From Verrucomicrobiales bacterium (GTDB taxonomy: Bacteria; Verrucomicrobiota; Verrucomicrobiia; Limisphaerales; UBA9464), in assembly GCA_016793645.1 (NCBI GenBank), contig JAEUHD010000202.1, positions 12,174 to 76,173 on the forward strand: a DNA stretch of 64,000 nt, written 5' to 3'. Below, one piece after another: positions 60,141-64,000 of this stretch (the first letter of the stretch is position 1; every line of letters begins with the position of its first letter). The translations under genes were made by a program, and so were the position numbers. The notes beneath the pieces were generated by a model that saw only the letters and a list, made by a program, of their open reading frames with translations, was not told the DNA's origin and did no database searches.

Positions 60141-61175
60141 TCACTTGTACGCGATCGCGGCGCTCGAGGGGCCGGCGAGAGGGATGACTTCGAAACTCCG
60201 GAAGCCCGCCTCCCGGCACCACCCCTGAAAATCGGCTCCCGAGTAGTCGAAGGCGTCGCCAAACTCGATGAGCATGTTCAGCGACATCAGGAGACCAAAG
60301 AGGTTCTCGCGACGCGCGTCATCAATGAGGGCCTCCACGACAATGAACGCACCGCCCGGCTGCAGGGCGTCGTAGGCGGACCGGATGAGATGGCGTTTCT
60401 TTTCGAGGTTCCAGTCGTGGAGGATCATTCCCATCGTGATCACGTCCGCACGGGGCAGGGGATCCTTGAAGAAATCCCCGGCGGCGGTGGTGACACGATC
60501 AGAGAGACCGGCCGTGGCGATGTGGCGCTGTGCGATGGTCTCCACCGGCGGCAGGTCGAAGGAGATGCAGCGAAGGTCTGGATGCCGTCGCGCGACCTCG
60601 ATGGACAGGAGTCCTGTCGCACCACCGACGTCGCACAAGGTCTTGAAGCGGGAGAAGTCGAACTTCTCCGCCAGCGCCTCGAAGTTGATCCGGGAGAGTC
60701 CGGTCATGGCGCCCATGAACTGCTCCAGGCGGGGAAGCTCGGCGTAGAGTTCCTCGAAGACACCTTTCTGTCCGTGCTTCGACTCGTTTTGCGGGCGTCC
60801 GGTGCGAAGGGCCTCGGGAAGATCGTGCCAGTACTTGAAGAGCCGGGCGTTCAACATTTCCAGGATGCCCCCGACGTATCGCGGACTTCGGCGATCCAGG
60901 TAGAGCGCGGTGGCGGGTGTGTTGGCGTACCGCGCTCCCGGGCCGTCTCCGTCGCGTTCCAGAAACTTCATTGCCACCAGTGCATCAAAGAAGTCGGCGA
61001 TGCCCCTGGGGTGGACGCCGGTCGCAACGCCGAGTTCCGTTCCGGTCATCGGACGCTCTGCGAGATGCGAAAATACCCCGAATTCGACGGCGGTGAGCAG
61101 CACCTTGGAGGACCAGAATCCGAAAGCGGTCTGCAGGATGGATGAGGGGTCCGGAGGCGAAGTGGAGATCGGCAT
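60141..61175 (-). CDS. class I SAM-dependent O-methyltransferase (Methyltransf_2 with N-terminal dimerisation domain)
   Basis: The internal ATG 61175 gives MPISTSPPDPSSILQTAFGFWSSKVLLTAVEFGVFSHL. The SAM motif is LCDVGGATGLL, followed by DLPPV...GDFF...MGMILHDW. The track ORF is extended upstream to 61379. Confidence 0.82.
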   Translation of the reverse strand: MPISTSPPDPSSILQTAFGFWSSKVLLTAVEFGVFSHLAERPMTGTELGVATGVHPRGIADFFDALVAMKFLERDGDGPGARYANTPATALYLDRRSPRYVGGILEMLNARLFKYWHDLPEALRTGRPQNESKHGQKGVFEELYAELPRLEQFMGAMTGLSRINFEALAEKFDFSRFKTLCDVGGATGLLSIEVARRHPDLRCISFDLPPVETIAQRHIATAGLSDRVTTAAGDFFKDPLPRADVITMGMILHDWNLEKKRHLIRSAYDALQPGGAFIVVEALIDDARRENLFGLLMSLNMLIEFGDAFDYSGADFQGWCREAGFRSFEVIPLAGPSSAAIAYK

Positions 61176-61280
61176 GGGCCATGGAAACTGAGGAGGGGAC
61201 GGGAATGGAAGCGGAGATCGGGTCGGCAGGCGGTCTTTCGGGACGGTGCACTTTCGTGAAATCGGGTCTACGTTGCCTCC

Positions 61281-62174
61281 GTGTTGATTCTCGTCACCGG
61301 AGGGTCGGGGTTTGTTGGGCGGGAGGTCGTCGGCCAATTGCAGGCGGCCGGACATCGACTCCGAGTGCTCGCGCGCCACACTTCAGGGTCCCAAGATGGC
61401 GTGGAGAGGATTCGTTGCTCGGTGCTGGAACCGGCATCGGTGGTGGCGGCGGTGTCCGGCGTGGATGCGGTGGTGCACCTGGTGGGCATCATCAGTGAGG
61501 TGGGCGACCAGACCTTCGAGCGGGTTCACGTGGGGGGAACTGAAGCGGTGGTGTCCGCAGCCCGCGCGGCGGGTGTCCGGCGCTACGTCCATATGAGTGC
61601 GCTGGGCACGCGTCCGGGGGCCCGATCCCGATATCATCGGACGAAGTGGGACGCGGAGGAACTGGTGCGCAGGAGTGGGCTTGATTGGACGATCCTCCGC
61701 CCCAGCCTGATCTACGGTCCCGGGGACGGGTTCATCAATCTCTTCGCCCGGATGTCCGCGGTATCGCCCGTCCTGCCGGTGGTGGGACCCGGAACGAATC
61801 AGATGCAGCCGGTGGCGGTGGAGGATGTGGCACGGTGCTTCTGCGGGGCGCTGGCCCACTCCGGGAGTTTGCATCAGACCCTGGACGTCTGCGGACGGGA
61901 ACGGTTCAGCGTGAACGAGATTCTGGCGATGGTGCTGGAGACGCTGGGGCGGAGGCGCGGAAGAATCCACCTGCCGTGGGGAATCGCGGGAATTCAGGCG
62001 CGGGTCCTCGAGACCGTGTACCCGCGTCTGTTGGGTAAGGCCGCCCCCTTGAATCGGGACCAGATCCTTATGCTGCAGGAGGACAACGTGGGGGATCCGG
62101 ACCCGGCGTGCCGGATGTTTGGGTTCGAACCGGTCCGGATGCGCGAGGGAATCCGGAGATTCCTGTCGCCCTGA
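61281..62174 (+). CDS. NAD(P)-binding SDR, complex I NDUFA9-subunit-like family
   Basis: 297-aa ORF with GTG start. Contains MLILVTGGSGFVGREVV (Rossmann GxxGxxG), YHRTKWDAE (YxxxK) and ILRPSLIYGPGD. Confidence 0.78.
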   Translation: MLILVTGGSGFVGREVVGQLQAAGHRLRVLARHTSGSQDGVERIRCSVLEPASVVAAVSGVDAVVHLVGIISEVGDQTFERVHVGGTEAVVSAARAAGVRRYVHMSALGTRPGARSRYHRTKWDAEELVRRSGLDWTILRPSLIYGPGDGFINLFARMSAVSPVLPVVGPGTNQMQPVAVEDVARCFCGALAHSGSLHQTLDVCGRERFSVNEILAMVLETLGRRRGRIHLPWGIAGIQARVLETVYPRLLGKAAPLNRDQILMLQEDNVGDPDPACRMFGFEPVRMREGIRRFLSP

Positions 62175-62240
62175 ACGAGGACGCGGGCGCGGAATTTCAT
62201 TCCGCTTGACCCGACGAGCTGCGCGGACCGAAGTGGGTTC

Positions 62241-63191
62241 ATGCGCCTGTCGATTCTCCTCGGAGGGATGCTGTGTTGCCGCGGGGTCGCGGCGGACTTT
62301 CCACCCGTGACTGGGCAGCGGGAGGGGACACAGGTGGTGTTTCGATCGGGCTCCCACGAGGTGGGACGGTATCAGGCGGAGGCGGGTGAACTTCCACGTC
62401 CCGGGATTGCGGAACGCTTCCGCCGGGGAGGGTATCTCCATCCATTGCTGACTCCGTCGGGACGGAGCGTCACCGACGATTTTCCCGCCAATCACCTCCA
62501 CCACCACGGAGTCTGGTCACCCTGGGCCAGGACGGAATTTGAGGGGCGGAATCCGGATTTCTGGAACATGGGGGACGGGACCGGCCGCGTGGAGTTCCTC
62601 GCCGTGGATCGCCTCTGGAACGATGTGTCCGGGGCCGGTTTGATGGCACGCCACAACTTCGTGGATCTCGTCGCAGTCCCTCCCAAGGTTGTCCTCGCGG
62701 AGACCTGGGAGGTACGGGCGTCCGTTTGTTCGGGTCCAAGGACCGCCTTCCAGTGGGATTGGAAATCCACGCAACGGTGTTCAGGAAACTCTCCCCTGAC
62801 ATTGCCCGAGTACCGGTATGGTGGTTTCGGATTCCGGGGAAACTGGGCGTGGAATGGCGCCAACCACGGGCTGTTCCTGACTTCGGAGGGGGAGACCAAC
62901 CGCGTCCGGATCAACACGTCCCGTGCGCGGTGGTTCTGGATGGGAGGCCCCGTGGAGGGCTCGATCGCGGGCATGGCGGTGTTGGGCCATCCCTCCAATT
63001 TCCGATTTCCCCAGCCGATTCGGTTGCATCCCGAAGAGCCGTTCTTTTGTTTCGCGCCGCAGCAACTGGGCGTGATGACGATCCGTCCCGGGGAACCGTA
63101 CGAGGCGCGATACCGGCTGTTGGTGATGGATGGATTTCCCGACCGGGAGTCCCTGGAGGCGATGTGGAAGGAGTACGCGGCCGTCCCATGA
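62241..63191 (+). CDS. PmoA-family (DUF6807-like) secreted protein
   Basis: 316-aa ORF with a signal peptide. Contains YLHPLLTPSGRSVTDDFPANHLHHHGVWSPW...GGFGFRGN...WFWMGGP, typical of the PVC 'PmoA family protein'. Confidence 0.7.
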   Translation: MRLSILLGGMLCCRGVAADFPPVTGQREGTQVVFRSGSHEVGRYQAEAGELPRPGIAERFRRGGYLHPLLTPSGRSVTDDFPANHLHHHGVWSPWARTEFEGRNPDFWNMGDGTGRVEFLAVDRLWNDVSGAGLMARHNFVDLVAVPPKVVLAETWEVRASVCSGPRTAFQWDWKSTQRCSGNSPLTLPEYRYGGFGFRGNWAWNGANHGLFLTSEGETNRVRINTSRARWFWMGGPVEGSIAGMAVLGHPSNFRFPQPIRLHPEEPFFCFAPQQLGVMTIRPGEPYEARYRLLVMDGFPDRESLEAMWKEYAAVP

Positions 63192-63249
63192 AGGAGTGCC
63201 CGGTCCTCGTGGTCCTTGATTTCCACGTCTTCGCTCCCAAGCTGCTCCG

Positions 63250-63579
63250 GTGTTTCCCATCACCGTTGCTCCCGGTCAGGGTGCCTGGATTGCCGGGCCG
63301 TATCCCGGGGTTGAATTAAAGGTCCTGCGCCGGGACGAAGCCACCGGCGGTGTGACCGTCCTGCGAAAATTTCAGGCCGGGATCACCGTCCCGGCCCACA
63401 CGCATCCGGAGGCCTCCGAGTCGGTGTATGTGATTTCGGGGGAATGGGAGGAGGACGGGGTCGTCCATGGGCCGGGAACCTTCTTCCAGGTTCCCCGCGG
63501 GGACCGGCACGGGCCGCACCGCGCCCGGACGGAAGTTCTCAGTCTGACCATTTTTGATGGACCGCTGACGGTGTCCTGA
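63250..63579 (+). CDS. cupin domain protein
   Basis: 109-aa ORF with VPAHTHPEASESVYVISGEW...PRGDRHGP, a cupin two-His metal motif pattern. Confidence 0.7.
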   Translation: MFPITVAPGQGAWIAGPYPGVELKVLRRDEATGGVTVLRKFQAGITVPAHTHPEASESVYVISGEWEEDGVVHGPGTFFQVPRGDRHGPHRARTEVLSLTIFDGPLTVS

Positions 63580-63700
63580 GTGCGCGAACCGGGCGGTTGC
63601 GCCCGGCTTCCGGAAGAGTGGATGCGATACGGTGGGTTGGGGGTAGGCTTCCTTAAGATTTTTTGTTCGGAACGGTTCGCCTGCGGCTTCTTCCGGGAAA

Positions 63701-64000
63701 GTGATCGCCACACAGGACAGCACACTATTGCTGCGTCGGTACGCCTGCGACGGATCCGAGGATGCCTTTGCCGAACTCGTGTCCCGACATCTCGACCTCG
63801 TGTATTCGGCGGCGGCCCGCTGTTGTTACGGGGACGAGGCCCTGGCGGGAGAGGTTGCACAGCGGGTCTTTGTGGATCTGGCCCGGAAGTTCCGGCCCGA
63901 GGGCAGGGGGACGATCTCCGCCGCGGAAGGCGTCCGGTCGGTTCCCGCGTGGCTGCACCGGCATACCTGTTTTGTCGCCGCATCCGCCATTCGGTCCGAA
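63701..64000 (+). CDS. ECF-type RNA polymerase sigma factor (partial, runs off the window)
   Basis: Not in the track because there is no stop inside the window. Translation from GTG 63701 gives VIATQDSTLLLRRYACDGSEDAFAELVSRHLDLVYSAAARCCYGDEALAGEVAQRVFVDLARKF...VPAWLHRHTCFVAASAIRSE, the typical sigma-70 region 2 of PVC ECF sigma factors. All 100 codons to position 64000 are open. Confidence 0.75.
   Translation, partial: MIATQDSTLLLRRYACDGSEDAFAELVSRHLDLVYSAAARCCYGDEALAGEVAQRVFVDLARKFRPEGRGTISAAEGVRSVPAWLHRHTCFVAASAIRSE

Noticed and set aside
62189-62205. Hairpin GCGGAAT-TTC-ATTCCGC after the SDR gene, and hairpin CCGGGCG-GTTG-CGCCCGG at 63589..63606 after the cupin gene
   Set aside because: Both stems are short (7 bp) and neither is followed by a U-tract, so I did not call them intrinsic terminators. 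They could still be weak or factor-dependent termination signals.

Overview
High-GC bacterial chromosomal window. The gene content points to the PVC superphylum, most likely Verrucomicrobiota; this is inferred from a PSCyt1/DUF1549/DUF1553 + DUF1501 gene pair, a PmoA-family protein, a giant multi-LTD/CotH surface protein and Planctomycete-type cytochromes c. I support about 48 protein-coding genes and found no rRNA, tRNA or CRISPR array. Left to right: a partial secreted PEP-utilising-enzyme-like gene; a secreted beta-propeller / dehydrogenase-like propeller / penta-haem cytochrome c-PA14 cluster; ligA-kdsB; four consecutive lipoprotein genes; an isolated small HARE-HTH-like basic protein with its own promoter and terminator; hisF-DUF486-hisI; a ~3,300-aa PA14/LTD/CotH/cadherin-like giant protein; argJ-argB-rnhA-argD; TetR-small ORF-RND adaptor-RND pump-OYE reductase. 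On the minus strand there is then an ~18 kb co-directional array: fused double ABC-2 permease, nuoC-D-I-H-J-K-L-M-M'-N, a Tat-signal amidohydrolase, and an ABC ATPase with an 1,174-aa FtsX-type permease. The array is followed by a low-GC islet with an IS630-type HTH-only ORF; PSCyt/DUF1501/WD40; O-methyltransferase; NDUFA9-like SDR; PmoA-family protein; cupin; and a partial ECF sigma factor. The most unusual item is the complex I locus. It has two tandem NuoM-type subunits and an over-long NuoL, lacks nuoA/B and nuoE/F/G, has nuoI before nuoH, and is tightly flanked by non-respiratory genes. Many long ORFs in the supplied track are antisense shadows of real genes, which is typical of high-GC DNA, and were rejected. 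The track's most-upstream starts were trimmed where a conserved N-terminus or signal peptide indicated an internal start.
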